From the NCBI GenBank assembly GCA_963712115.1, contig CAVQGX010000002.1, forward strand, positions 32,001 to 96,000: a stretch of DNA of 64,000 nt. The letters run 5' to 3'. A model generated the notes under the pieces. That model made no database searches. It was not told the origin of the DNA and saw only the letters and a program-made list of their open reading frames with translations. This stretch comes from an uncultured delta proteobacterium (GTDB lineage Bacteria > Desulfobacterota > Syntrophobacteria > BM002). The position numbers and the translations under genes are program-made. This document shows, piece after piece, positions 1-10,665 of the stretch; the first letter of the stretch is position 1; each line of letters starts with the position of its first letter.

Positions 1-129
1 GCCAAGGTCGAGGAGGCCCGGCAGAAAGTGGCGTCGGACATCCAGGAGGCTCGGACCCAACTGCAAGCTCAAGTGCAGGCCTTTTCTGTGGCCGTGACCG
101 AGAAAGTCCTGGGGAGGAGCATTCAATGA
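1..129 (+). CDS. ATP synthase F0 subunit b' (3' end only, truncated by the window)
   Basis: Frame 1 reads AKVEEARQKVASDIQEARTQLQAQVQAFSVAVTEKVLGRSIQ*, and its TGA overlaps the atpF ATG. This matches the b'-b gene order of deltaproteobacteria. Confidence 0.85.
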   Translation, partial: AKVEEARQKVASDIQEARTQLQAQVQAFSVAVTEKVLGRSIQ

Positions 130-722
130 ACTGGTTGAGGCAGAAAGGGTCCGGCACAATTATCGTCCTTCTTGGCTGTTGCGGCCTCACGGTATTTCTG
201 TCCACGGGAATGGCCTGGGCTGCAGCTGAAGGTGGCCATTCAATGTGGCCGGATTTCTTTTATCGGCTGCTCAATTTTACTATCATGGTGGCCGTGCTGG
301 TGTTCCTCTTTAAGAAAATGAATCTCAAAGGCTACTTCACCAAAAGGACCGAAACCATCTCCAACACCCTCAGGGATCTTGAAGAAAAGAAGAAGGAAGC
401 GGAGAAAACCTACGAGGAATACAAGCAGAAGCTGGCCCGGCTGGATGAGGAAACCGATCGCATCCTGAAAGAATATATTGAGCAGGGCGAGAGGGAGAAG
501 GCCAAGATTATTGCCAACGCTGAAAAGGCTGCGGCGGAGATCCGCAAACAAACAGATGTTGCCATTGAACAGGAGATTAAAAGCGCCAAAGAGGGGCTGC
601 AGCGAGAGATCGCTGAGCTGTCCGTAACTGCTGCAGAGGCGCTTCTTAAAGAGAAAATTGGGGACGAAGATCAGAAAAAACTGGTTGATGACTTCATGAC
701 AAAAGTAGTGGAGGCCAAGTGA
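126..722 (+). CDS. atpF: ATP synthase F0 subunit b
   Basis: TM segment (RLLNFTIMVAVLVF) followed by a long coiled coil; position in the atp operon. Confidence 0.93.
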   Translation: MNWLRQKGSGTIIVLLGCCGLTVFLSTGMAWAAAEGGHSMWPDFFYRLLNFTIMVAVLVFLFKKMNLKGYFTKRTETISNTLRDLEEKKKEAEKTYEEYKQKLARLDEETDRILKEYIEQGEREKAKIIANAEKAAAEIRKQTDVAIEQEIKSAKEGLQREIAELSVTAAEALLKEKIGDEDQKKLVDDFMTKVVEAK

Positions 723-1261
723 CCAATCAGATCTTAGCCAAAAGGTATGCCAAGGCGCTGCTGACTTTAGGTCGCGAAGACGGCAATTACGAGAAATACG
801 GGGAAGAGCTGGATCAATTCGTGGCCATTTGGGAGGGGGCGCCGGAGTTTGCAGATGCTGCTTCCAATCCCATGTACACCAAAGAAAGCCGCAAGGCTAT
901 TTGCAAGGCGGTGGTTGAGAAGATGGATTTTTCTCCGGTCTTTAAGAGCTTGATTGATTTGATGCTGGAGAAGAACCGGTTGGCCATTATCCCGCAGGTT
1001 AGCAGCTTCTATGAAAAACTTCTGGACGAAATGGCCAAAATTAGCAGGGCCAAGGTAACAAGCGCCATACCTCTTACTGAAGAGGCGGTGGAATCCATAA
1101 AGGCTTCCTTGGAAAAAACAGTTGGCCAGAGCATTGTTGTTGAAACAGAAATCGATCCCGAGCTTATTGGTGGAGTTATAGCTCGGGTGGGAGATTTGGT
1201 TTTAGATGGTAGCGTCAGGACTCAACTGGCGAGTATCAGAGAAACTCTAATAAAGGGGTGA
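719..1261 (+). CDS. atpH: ATP synthase F1 delta subunit
   Basis: AKRYAKAL N-terminus and DPELIGG..VGDLVLDGSV C-terminus. Confidence 0.96.
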   Translation: MTNQILAKRYAKALLTLGREDGNYEKYGEELDQFVAIWEGAPEFADAASNPMYTKESRKAICKAVVEKMDFSPVFKSLIDLMLEKNRLAIIPQVSSFYEKLLDEMAKISRAKVTSAIPLTEEAVESIKASLEKTVGQSIVVETEIDPELIGGVIARVGDLVLDGSVRTQLASIRETLIKG

Positions 1262-1270
1262 GGCGAGCCG

Positions 1271-2821
1271 ATGGAAATCAGGGCCGAAGAAATCAGTCAG
1301 ATTATTAGGGAACAGATCAAGGACTACGACAAGAAAGTTGAACTGAGCGAGACTGGCACCGTTCTCACTGTGGGTGACGGTATTGCCCGCGTCTACGGGG
1401 TAGAGAAGTGCATGCTCATGGAGCTCCTGGAGTTTCCCACCGAGCACGGCATTGTCTATGGCCTCGCCCTCAACCTGGAAGAAGACAATGTGGGTTGCGC
1501 CATTATGGGCGAGGTTACCCACATTAAAGAGGGCGCTGAGGTCAAGCGCACCGGTCGTATCGCCGAGGTGCCGGTGGGAGATGCGGTTGTCGGTCGGGTG
1601 GTGGACGGAGTGGGGCAGCCTCTGGACGGCAAGGGTCCCATCGAGGCCACCGAGTTTTCCCGAATCGAGCGGATCGCCCCCGGCGTTATTCAGCGCCAGC
1701 CGGTGAACGAGCCCATGTATACGGGGCTCAAGGCCATCGATGCCATGACCCCGGTGGGCCGGGGTCAGCGGGAGCTGATCATCGGCGACCGCCAGATCGG
1801 CAAGACCGCCATCGGGGTGGATGCTATCATCAATCAGAAGGGCCAGGATGTTATCTGTATCTACGTTGCCTGCGGCCAGAAAAAGTCCTCGGTGGCCCAG
1901 GTGGTGGAGACTCTCAGAAAGCATGGCGCCATGGACTACACCATTGTGGTCGCGGCCTGCGCCAGTGACCCTGCTGCGCTGCAATACCTTGCTGCATTCG
2001 CGGGGTGTGCCATGGGAGAGTACTACCGGGACCGCGGCCGACACGCGCTGATCATCTATGACGACCTCTCCAAGCAGGCGGTTGCCTACCGGCAGATTTC
2101 CCTGCTGCTCCGGCGGCCGCCGGCCCGCGAAGCTTTTCCGGGTGACATCTTCTATAACCACTCCCGTCTCTTGGAGCGGGCGGCAAAGCTATCGGACAAA
2201 GCCCCCGAATTGGATTCCCAGTTCGTCAAAGGCGGCGGCTCCTTGACGGCCTTGCCCATCATTGAAACTCAGGCCGGCGACGTCTCCGCTTACATTCCCA
2301 CCAACGTTATTTCCATCACCGACGGCCAGATCTACCTGGAGCCAGGTCTTTTCTTCGCCGGTGTACGCCCCGCCATCAACGTGGGTCTTTCCGTATCCCG
2401 GGTGGGCGGTGCCGCCCAGGTGAAGGCGATGAAACAGGTTGCCGGCCGTCTCCGTCTGGATTTGGCCCAGTTTCGCGAGCTGGAGGCCTTCGCCAAGTTC
2501 GGCAGTGACCTGGACAAGTCCACCCAGCAGCAGCTCAATCGAGGTATGCGGTTGGTCGAGCTTTTGAAGCAGCCCCAATATGTGCCCATGTCCATGGCCA
2601 AGCAGGTTACCTCCATCTACGCTGGTACCCGGGGCTTCTTGGACAAGTATCCGGTAGATAAGTTGGCGGCATACGAGCCGCAAATGCTGGAGTTCATCGA
2701 GCAAAAGCATCCTGAAATCTTTGCGGAGCTCGAAGAGAAGAAAGAGATCGGTGACGAACTGGACGGGAAAATGAAAAAAGCTCTCAGCGAGTTCGACGAG
2801 ATCTTCCAGGCCGCCGTTTAG
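1271..2821 (+). CDS. atpA: ATP synthase F1 alpha subunit
   Basis: GDRQIGKT P-loop; [13 protein letters not shown] motif. Confidence 0.99.
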   Translation: MEIRAEEISQIIREQIKDYDKKVELSETGTVLTVGDGIARVYGVEKCMLMELLEFPTEHGIVYGLALNLEEDNVGCAIMGEVTHIKEGAEVKRTGRIAEVPVGDAVVGRVVDGVGQPLDGKGPIEATEFSRIERIAPGVIQRQPVNEPMYTGLKAIDAMTPVGRGQRELIIGDRQIGKTAIGVDAIINQKGQDVICIYVACGQKKSSVAQVVETLRKHGAMDYTIVVAACASDPAALQYLAAFAGCAMGEYYRDRGRHALIIYDDLSKQAVAYRQISLLLRRPPAREAFPGDIFYNHSRLLERAAKLSDKAPELDSQFVKGGGSLTALPIIETQAGDVSAYIPTNVISITDGQIYLEPGLFFAGVRPAINVGLSVSRVGGAAQVKAMKQVAGRLRLDLAQFRELEAFAKFGSDLDKSTQQQLNRGMRLVELLKQPQYVPMSMAKQVTSIYAGTRGFLDKYPVDKLAAYEPQMLEFIEQKHPEIFAELEEKKEIGDELDGKMKKALSEFDEIFQAAV

Positions 2822-2852
2822 AATCAGACAAAGTGAGCGAGAGAAGCGACCT

Positions 2853-3725
2853 ATGGCAACCCAACGTGATATAAAAAGAAAGATCGAGGCGGTCAAAAAG
2901 ACCCAGCAGATCACCCGGGCCATGAACATGGTGGCAGCTTCAAAGCTTCGCACTACCCAACAGAAGCTGGACCAGTTTGTGCCTTATGCCAATCAGCTTA
3001 CGGAAATTATGAACCGGGTGGCGGCCGGGGTTGAGCCCGAGGGTTTTCCTCTGCTAATGGACCACGAGGAAGTGGTCAAGGTGGAGCTGATCTCTATCAC
3101 TGCCGATCGAGGTCTTTGCGGCGCTTTCAATACCAACCTGATCTCTGCCGCGGAGAAGTTTATGGCAGCAAAGGATCAGGAAGGTTTGGAGGTTTCGCTC
3201 TCCCTTATCGGCCGCAAGGGCAGGGACTATTTTCGCCGACGGAAGCGTCCCACCCGTGTTTTTCATGAGGGGATGCTCAACAATCCCAACATGGGTGACG
3301 CCACCGCCATTGGCCAGGAAGCAATTGACCTGTTCCTCACCCATGAGGTTGATGAAGTCCATCTTTGCTACGCCCAGTTCATCAGCATGGCCAACCAGAG
3401 GCCCGTGGTCAAGAAGCTGTTGCCCATAGCCCCCGTGACGGTGGAAGAGGAAGAGCAGGAACTTCTGGAATATATATTTGAACCCTCAAGAGCGGGGGTT
3501 CTCAATGATCTCTTGCCCAACTATATCCATTTGCAGGTCTTGGAGGCGTTTTTCCAGACCGCGGTGAGCGAGCACGCCGCCCGGATGGCCGCCATGGACA
3601 ACGCGGTCAATAACTGCAAGGAAATGGTGCGGGATCTGACCCTTGTCTACAATAAAGCCAGGCAGGCAGGCATCACCAAGGAACTTATGGATATCGTTGG
3701 CGGTGTGGAAGCTTTGAAGAAATAA
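2853..3725 (+). CDS. atpG: ATP synthase F1 gamma subunit
   Basis: ITRAMNMVAASK, DRGLCGAFN and YNKARQAGITKEL motifs. Confidence 0.98.
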   Translation: MATQRDIKRKIEAVKKTQQITRAMNMVAASKLRTTQQKLDQFVPYANQLTEIMNRVAAGVEPEGFPLLMDHEEVVKVELISITADRGLCGAFNTNLISAAEKFMAAKDQEGLEVSLSLIGRKGRDYFRRRKRPTRVFHEGMLNNPNMGDATAIGQEAIDLFLTHEVDEVHLCYAQFISMANQRPVVKKLLPIAPVTVEEEEQELLEYIFEPSRAGVLNDLLPNYIHLQVLEAFFQTAVSEHAARMAAMDNAVNNCKEMVRDLTLVYNKARQAGITKELMDIVGGVEALKK

Positions 3726-3748
3726 GAGTTTTTTTCAGCACTTCGTGA

Positions 3749-5167
<1,419 letters not shown>

Positions 5168-5228
5168 CGGGCTATTTCCCCGGGCGATTTTCTGATTGAG
5201 CCTGGGAGCCCAATAGCCTTGCACTTCG

Positions 5229-5373
5229 TTCCTGGAATAATGGAACGTTGGAATGATGGAAGAATGGGGGAAAAGAGGAAGAGGTCATATTAATAATCTG
5301 TCCAGTTCCTCTTGACCCATTATTCCACTCTTCCAGTATTCCAACATTCCAAATGTGAGTGAAGCGAACTAAC
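5229..5373. repeat. Palindromic element of inverted degenerate 8-mer arrays (TGGAATAA)n...(TTATTCCA)n
   Basis: Visible in sequence; a homologous copy lies at about 32806-32948. Confidence 0.8.
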
Positions 5374-5390
5374 TCGAAGATGGTGATTCT

Positions 5391-5804
5391 ATGGCAGAGA
5401 AAACCCTACATCTTGATGTGGTAACTCCTGAGAAGACGCTAGTTAGCGACGAGGTGGATATAGTGATGGCTCCCGGGTATTTTGGTGAATTCGGCGCCCT
5501 GCCCAATCACATTCCTTTCCTTGCCCAACTTCAACCCGGAGAGGTGAAGTATCGCAAAGGCGGCAAGCTCGAGTCCATAGCCGTTAGTGGCGGCTATGCT
5601 GAAGTGCTGCCCACCAAGGTGACTGTCTTGGCCACAACCGCTGAACGGGCCCAAGAGATTGATGTGGAAAGGGCGCGGGCTGCAAAGGAACGGGCCGAGC
5701 AACGTCTAAAAGAGCGGCAGGAGGGAGTAGACTTTGCCAAGGCGGAGGCCGCCCTGCAAAGAGCTATCGCCCGTATCAAAGCTGCGGAGAGAGCAAAGTT
5801 GTAG
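5391..5804 (+). CDS. atpC: ATP synthase F1 epsilon subunit
   Basis: [16 protein letters not shown] and IDVERA motifs. Confidence 0.97.
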   Translation: MAEKTLHLDVVTPEKTLVSDEVDIVMAPGYFGEFGALPNHIPFLAQLQPGEVKYRKGGKLESIAVSGGYAEVLPTKVTVLATTAERAQEIDVERARAAKERAEQRLKERQEGVDFAKAEAALQRAIARIKAAERAKL

Positions 5805-5829
5805 CTGAGAACGACATCCGATATACACT

Positions 5830-5862
5830 AGGCGGATCCTTATAGGGGGTCCGCCTTTTTTT
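5830..5862 (+). terminator. Intrinsic terminator of the atp operon
   Basis: AGGCGGATCCT-TATA-GGGGGTCCGCCT hairpin followed by a T-run. Confidence 0.85.
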
Positions 5863-5865
5863 ATG

Positions 5866-6105
5866 CGCATAGGGCATAGAGCATGGAGCATGGAGTAAGA
5901 AGTCAGATGTCGGAGGTCAGAAGTCAGACGGAGATGGTTCAAAGTGCTGAATATCGAACAGCAGAACAAGGAACCGCAGAATGATGAAGTGATCACTTCG
6001 AAATTCGAAATTCCTTGTTTGACATTCTGCGGTTCAAAGAGGCGGTAGCTTAGATGAAATCAATTTTGTTTGTTTTTCTCCTGCAATTCTGGCTCCTGGA
6101 CTCCT
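5866..6105. repeat. Mosaic intergenic repeat: heptamer arrays plus a ~170-bp dispersed element centred on GAAGTGATCACTTC
   Basis: Near-identical reverse-complement copy at about 38075-38255; partial copies at about 8898-8947 and 31699-31790. Confidence 0.85.
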
Positions 6106-6163
6106 TTGGCTGGTACCTAGTAGCACATTGCTATTTTGGCCTAGATAAAGTAAAAGAGAAATT

Positions 6164-6908
6164 ATGAAGGATGTTGCTGCCTTGGTCCTGGCCGCAGGTA
6201 AAGGGACCAGGATGTACTCAGATCTTGCTAAGGTCCTGCACCCGATTTGCGGGCGGCCTATGCTGTCATATCCCCTGGCAGCACTGGAGGAATTGAGATT
6301 AGGCCGGGTGCTGGTAGTGGTGGGCCATCAGGCTGAAAGCATCCAGGAGATTTTCGCAGAGGCCCCGGTGGAATGGGTATTGCAAAGCGAACAACTGGGA
6401 ACGGGCCATGCGGTCCTTTGTGCGCTGCCACATTTGGCTGATTTTACCGGCTCAGTACTGATCTGCTGTGGTGATACACCTTTGCTCACCACAGAGACCT
6501 TAGCGCATGTTTTTGACTACTCATGTAAACAGTGACAATGATCTGAGTGTCTTGAGCATGTTGTTGGAGGAGCCGGGAAGTTATGGGCGCATTGTGCGGA
6601 GTTCTGCCGGTGAAGTGTCAGGAATCGTCGAAGCCAAGGATGCTACTGGTCAAGAGAGGGACATTCGAGAGGTGAATACAGGGATCTATTGTGCCGGGGC
6701 AGCTTTGTTGCAGGGTGTGATCCCAGAAATCAGTAATGCTAACGCTCAGGGTGAGTACTATTTGACGGATATGGTAAAGCTGGCTTTGGAGCGGGGCTGG
6801 AAGGTGCAAGCCGTGGCTGGTTCCGACCCTACAGAATTTATGGGTGTCAATACCGAAGAAGAACTCGAGGAAGCCGCCAGGGTGATTGCGCAGCGCTCTA
6901 AAAGATAG
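6164..6908 (+). CDS. glmU: GlmU-like sugar-phosphate nucleotidyltransferase (uridyltransferase domain only), split by a +1 frameshift near 6500-6507
   Basis: LAAGKGTRM, QLGTGHA, YGRIVR, EVNTGIY and QGEYYLTD motifs lie across ORFs 6164-6535 and 6507-6908. No hexapeptide acetyltransferase domain; directly upstream of glmS. Confidence 0.85.
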
Positions 6909-6917
6909 TGATTAATC

Positions 6918-6987
6918 TGTGGGAGTGGCTTTTAGCCACGACCAGATTATGCAGGATAAGAGTCGCGGCTGGAAAGCCGCTCCCACA
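6918..6987. repeat. REP doublet (GTGG/GTAG-type REPIN-like)
   Basis: TGTGGGAGTGGCTTTTAGCCACGA ... TCGCGGCTGGAAAGCCGCTCCCACA inverted pair; a half copy lies at about 31852-31875. Confidence 0.8.
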
Positions 6988-7028
6988 AGTTCTCTGCCAA
7001 AGCTGCAACATAAAAATTTGAGGTAAAA

Positions 7029-8858
7029 ATGTGCGGGATAATTGGACATATTGGCCAAAATGACTGCGTATCTCTGCTGGTAGACGGGTTGAGACGGCTG
7101 GAATATCGTGGCTATGACAGTGCCGGTATAGCCGTGGTCTGCGATGACAGAATCGAGGTGCGGCGCTGTCAGGGGAAACTGTCGCAACTCGAAATGCTCC
7201 TAACTGAACAGCCAGTGAGAGGCTCTGTGGGTATAGGCCACACTCGCTGGGCAACCCACGGGCCCCCCTCGGACATCAATGCCCATCCGCACAAAGTGGG
7301 GCCCATTGCGGTGGTTCACAATGGGATCATCGAAAACTATCTCCCCCTGAAAAAAGAACTCCTAGAGATGGGCTGTAAGATAAGCTCCGAGACGGATACC
7401 GAGATTGTGGCTCAACTCATCAACGAGGAGGTCAAAGGCGGAGCTTCTTTCGAGGAAGCGGTGATCAAAAGCCTTAAGCGCATAGAGGGCTCCTATGCTC
7501 TGGTCATTCTCAATGAACAGGAGCCGGACAAGCTAATTGCCGTGCGGAAAGAAAGCCCGCTGGTTTTGGGTCTGGCTGCCGATGCTTTACTGGTCGCCTC
7601 AGATATCCCCGCCATTTTGGGTCACACCAGAGAAGTTATCTTCCTGGATGACGGCGAGATGGTAGTACTTACCGGGAATTCATTCGAAGTGAGAGGCGAG
7701 GACGGCACGTCTCGGGAAAAAGAGGTGGCCCACGTCACCTGGAACCCAGTGATGGCTGAGAAGGCTGGATATACCCACTTTATGGAAAAGGAGATTTACG
7801 AGCAACCCCGAGCAGTTATCGATACTTTTCGCGGACGCATTAGCGAATCTACCGGTGAGGTTTTTCTGGATGATTTAAACTTGGACGATAAGTTGATTCA
7901 GTCCCTTGACAAGATCTTCATAGTGGCGTGCGGCACCTCCTACCATGCGGGTTTGGTGGGAAAGTTTCTACTGGAGTCTCTTTGTGGTTTGCCGGTGGAA
8001 GTGGAACTTGGTTCTGAATTTCGCTATCGCGACCCCATCATCAATTCGAAGACCCTACAAATTCTCATATCACAATCCGGTGAGACAGCTGATACGCTGG
8101 CGGGCTTGAGAGAAGGCCGTAAGAAAGGTGCCTTTCTTCTGGCCATTGTAAATGTGGTCGGTAGTAGTTTGGTCCGCCAATCTGATGGAGTTCTTTACAC
8201 CCACGCTGGTCCGGAAATTGGAGTAGCGTCCACCAAGGCCTTCACCACTCAATTGGTGGCGCTCTATCTACTGGCCCTTTATCTGGGGGTCAAACGAGGT
8301 AGGCTCACTCTGCAGGAGAGTCAAGAGCACATTTTGGAATTAGTTAAACTTCCAAAGAAAATGGAGACCACTCTGGATGAGGACGAGCGGATTAAAGCTA
8401 TTGCCCGCGAATATGCCAATGCGCGCGATTTTCTCTATCTTGGGCGTGGAATCAACTATCCCATTGCTTTGGAAGGAGCGCTAAAGCTCAAGGAGATTTC
8501 ATATATCCATGCCGAGGGCTATGCGGCCGGTGAAATGAAACATGGCCCTATTGCTCTCATTGATGAGCATATGCCTGTGGTTGCAGTGGTGAGTCGAGGC
8601 CTATCCTTTGAGAAGATGCTTTCCAATATAGAAGAGGTCAAAGCTCGCCGGGGGAAGATTATTGCAGTATGTGACAACTCGGAAGAGGAACTGGTTGGCA
8701 AAGTGGATGCCTATATTCAAGTGCCGGCCACCGAACCATTTCTGGCACCGATTCTTTTCACCATACCAATGCAACTGTTGGCGTATCATGTAGCGGTATT
8801 CCGCGGGACTGACGTGGATCAACCGCGGAATCTCGCAAAGAGCGTCACGGTCGAATGA
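7029..8858 (+). CDS. glmS: Glutamine-fructose-6-phosphate aminotransferase
   Basis: MCGI N-terminus, GHTRWATHG, and PRNLAKSVTVE C-terminus. Confidence 0.99.
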   Translation: MCGIIGHIGQNDCVSLLVDGLRRLEYRGYDSAGIAVVCDDRIEVRRCQGKLSQLEMLLTEQPVRGSVGIGHTRWATHGPPSDINAHPHKVGPIAVVHNGIIENYLPLKKELLEMGCKISSETDTEIVAQLINEEVKGGASFEEAVIKSLKRIEGSYALVILNEQEPDKLIAVRKESPLVLGLAADALLVASDIPAILGHTREVIFLDDGEMVVLTGNSFEVRGEDGTSREKEVAHVTWNPVMAEKAGYTHFMEKEIYEQPRAVIDTFRGRISESTGEVFLDDLNLDDKLIQSLDKIFIVACGTSYHAGLVGKFLLESLCGLPVEVELGSEFRYRDPIINSKTLQILISQSGETADTLAGLREGRKKGAFLLAIVNVVGSSLVRQSDGVLYTHAGPEIGVASTKAFTTQLVALYLLALYLGVKRGRLTLQESQEHILELVKLPKKMETTLDEDERIKAIAREYANARDFLYLGRGINYPIALEGALKLKEISYIHAEGYAAGEMKHGPIALIDEHMPVVAVVSRGLSFEKMLSNIEEVKARRGKIIAVCDNSEEELVGKVDAYIQVPATEPFLAPILFTIPMQLLAYHVAVFRGTDVDQPRNLAKSVTVE

Positions 8859-9112
8859 GGCATGGAGCGTGGAGCAAGAGCTCGGAGCATAGCGTAAGGA
8901 GCCAGGAGTCAGAATCCAGAATTCAGGAGACAAGCAATCAAAATTGAGTCTCTGTCAACTATCTGACTCTTCCGCCGTGTCTCCGTCTCGCCGTTTCACC
9001 GCGTCGTCGCCAGCTGCGCCAGTAGCAAAATAGTGACTGACTTGACTAAAAATTGACAGGAATATTACAATACGGCATGAAATAGGGGCTGAAGCCAGGG
9101 GGAGATAATCAA

Positions 9113-9394
9113 ATGGGAGAGGAAAATAGCACTATCGGAAACGCAACCATACCTGTAGAAGAGGCAAGAACAGACCAAGAGACGCCTTTCGATCGCTTGG
9201 AATCGCGGATTGACACTCTCATCGAAAGGTATGAGAGACTCGTTGGCGAGCATAATCAGTGTGGTGAAAGGCTAGCGGAACAAGAGGGGCAAATCAGGGA
9301 CTTGGAGGCCAAGCTGGAGAAGTCTGAGAAGCAGAGGTCGGAGATTCGTGCTCGTCTGGATACATTGATAGAAAAACTTAGCCGTTTTTCTTAG
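9113..9394 (+). CDS. zapB: ZapB-like coiled-coil cell division protein
   Basis: Short coiled coil (FDRLESRIDTLI...EIRARLDTLIEKL) immediately upstream of zapA. Confidence 0.7.
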   Translation: MGEENSTIGNATIPVEEARTDQETPFDRLESRIDTLIERYERLVGEHNQCGERLAEQEGQIRDLEAKLEKSEKQRSEIRARLDTLIEKLSRFS

Positions 9395-9407
9395 GGGAGG
9401 CGAGAAT

Positions 9408-9677
9408 TTGGTCCAACAGGTGAAGGTAGGGATCCTGGGTCAGGAATACACCATTCACACCAAGGCCGACAGGGCGTACGTGGAAAAGGTGGCCCAACAT
9501 GTGGCCTCCAAATGCCAGGAGGCGCAGAACAGGCTCCACTCTTCTTCACTAGCGACCATTGCTCTTTTAGCCGCTCTGAATATTACGAGCGATTACCTCC
9601 AAATGAAGGAGGCTTATGAGCAACTGGTCGATCGGATCGAGAGTAAACAGGAAAAGCTCTCATCCATGTTGCCCTGA
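9408..9677 (+). CDS. zapA: Cell division protein ZapA
   Basis: VGILGQEYTI...YVEKVA...ALLAALNI; conserved zapA-6S-rny synteny. Confidence 0.92.
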   Translation: MVQQVKVGILGQEYTIHTKADRAYVEKVAQHVASKCQEAQNRLHSSSLATIALLAALNITSDYLQMKEAYEQLVDRIESKQEKLSSMLP

Positions 9678-9853
9678 AGTCATTGATACCCCTGGGGTGT
9701 TGGTGATTGGCAGCTTTCTCACGGGCCCAACATTCCCATCAATGAGGGGCAGTTAAAGAAGGGTTGCGACTGGTTCTCCGACCGGTATTACTAATAAGGG
9801 GAAAAATCTAGAATATATTGTTATAATGTGTTTTATAAACCGGTAATTTATAC

Positions 9854-10032
9854 ACCCCTGCGGTGTTGGTGATTGGCAGCAAGTTCTTGAGCCAACATTG
9901 ATAGAAGGGGGACCCTTCCTTGGCACGGTGTGCCGCGTCGGTGCTTCCGAAGCGCCTAAAGTGTCAACAGGGACCCCACCTGGTTGAACCAGGTTCATAA
10001 CAACCTGCCAACACGGCATCCTCGCGGGGGAT
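9854..10032 (+). ncRNA. ssrS: 6S RNA
   Basis: About 180 nt after zapA. The 5' arm CCCCTGCG-GTGTTG-TTGGCAG pairs with the 3' arm CTGCCAA-CACGGCAT-CGCGGGGG; followed by a T-run. Confidence 0.88.
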
Positions 10033-10665
10033 TTTTTTGGCTAAAGCCCAGGAATCATTTTTATCTTGCTTAAATCATTATTTTTCGATATTTTCGTTAT
10101 TACCGCTCAAGAGGTTTCCTAGGCGGATTCCTTTTACGGCGGAGTGATGGTACATATCCGGTGTTGTAAGACTAAAGGGGTCGGGAAGGGGTCCCTGCCC
10201 GAGGCTTAGGAGGGGTAACTCGTAACCATCGCCGTTAAATGTGAAAAGGTTTTTCGAGCCTGCCATCAAAGGGGGCGTGAAAATAGGCCGGCGATTCAGC
10301 GGCTTGCCCAAATTCTTTTCAACAGCTGTCTGCTGAGATAAGCTGTTCAAATAAAAACTTTTTTTGTGGACCAATTTACCGAGGCATCTATATAACCAAG
10401 AAAAGGAGGATCTTTAGTTAACTCAGGCAGGAATGCCTATCTAGGTTGTCCCCTACGGGAAGAAGTGTGCTGAGGAAGGTGCAGTTCTACCGGACAACAA
10501 TACCCCACCCCGAATATCTCGCCGGAATGCTTTACGCCACCCATCAACTTTTCCACGGATCCGTCTGGTGATTAGGCCTGAGCGGGACTTCTGTACCGGT
10601 AAGCAGTTGATTTCTCTCTCTTTTGAGGGACTAGTACAGTTCCTAAGGATGTGGGAGCTAAGACC

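Noticed and set aside
5866-6105. CRISPR array in the repeat-rich spacers
   Set aside because: Units are degenerate 7-8-mers with no constant 25-40-bp repeat or unique spacers, and there are no cas genes.
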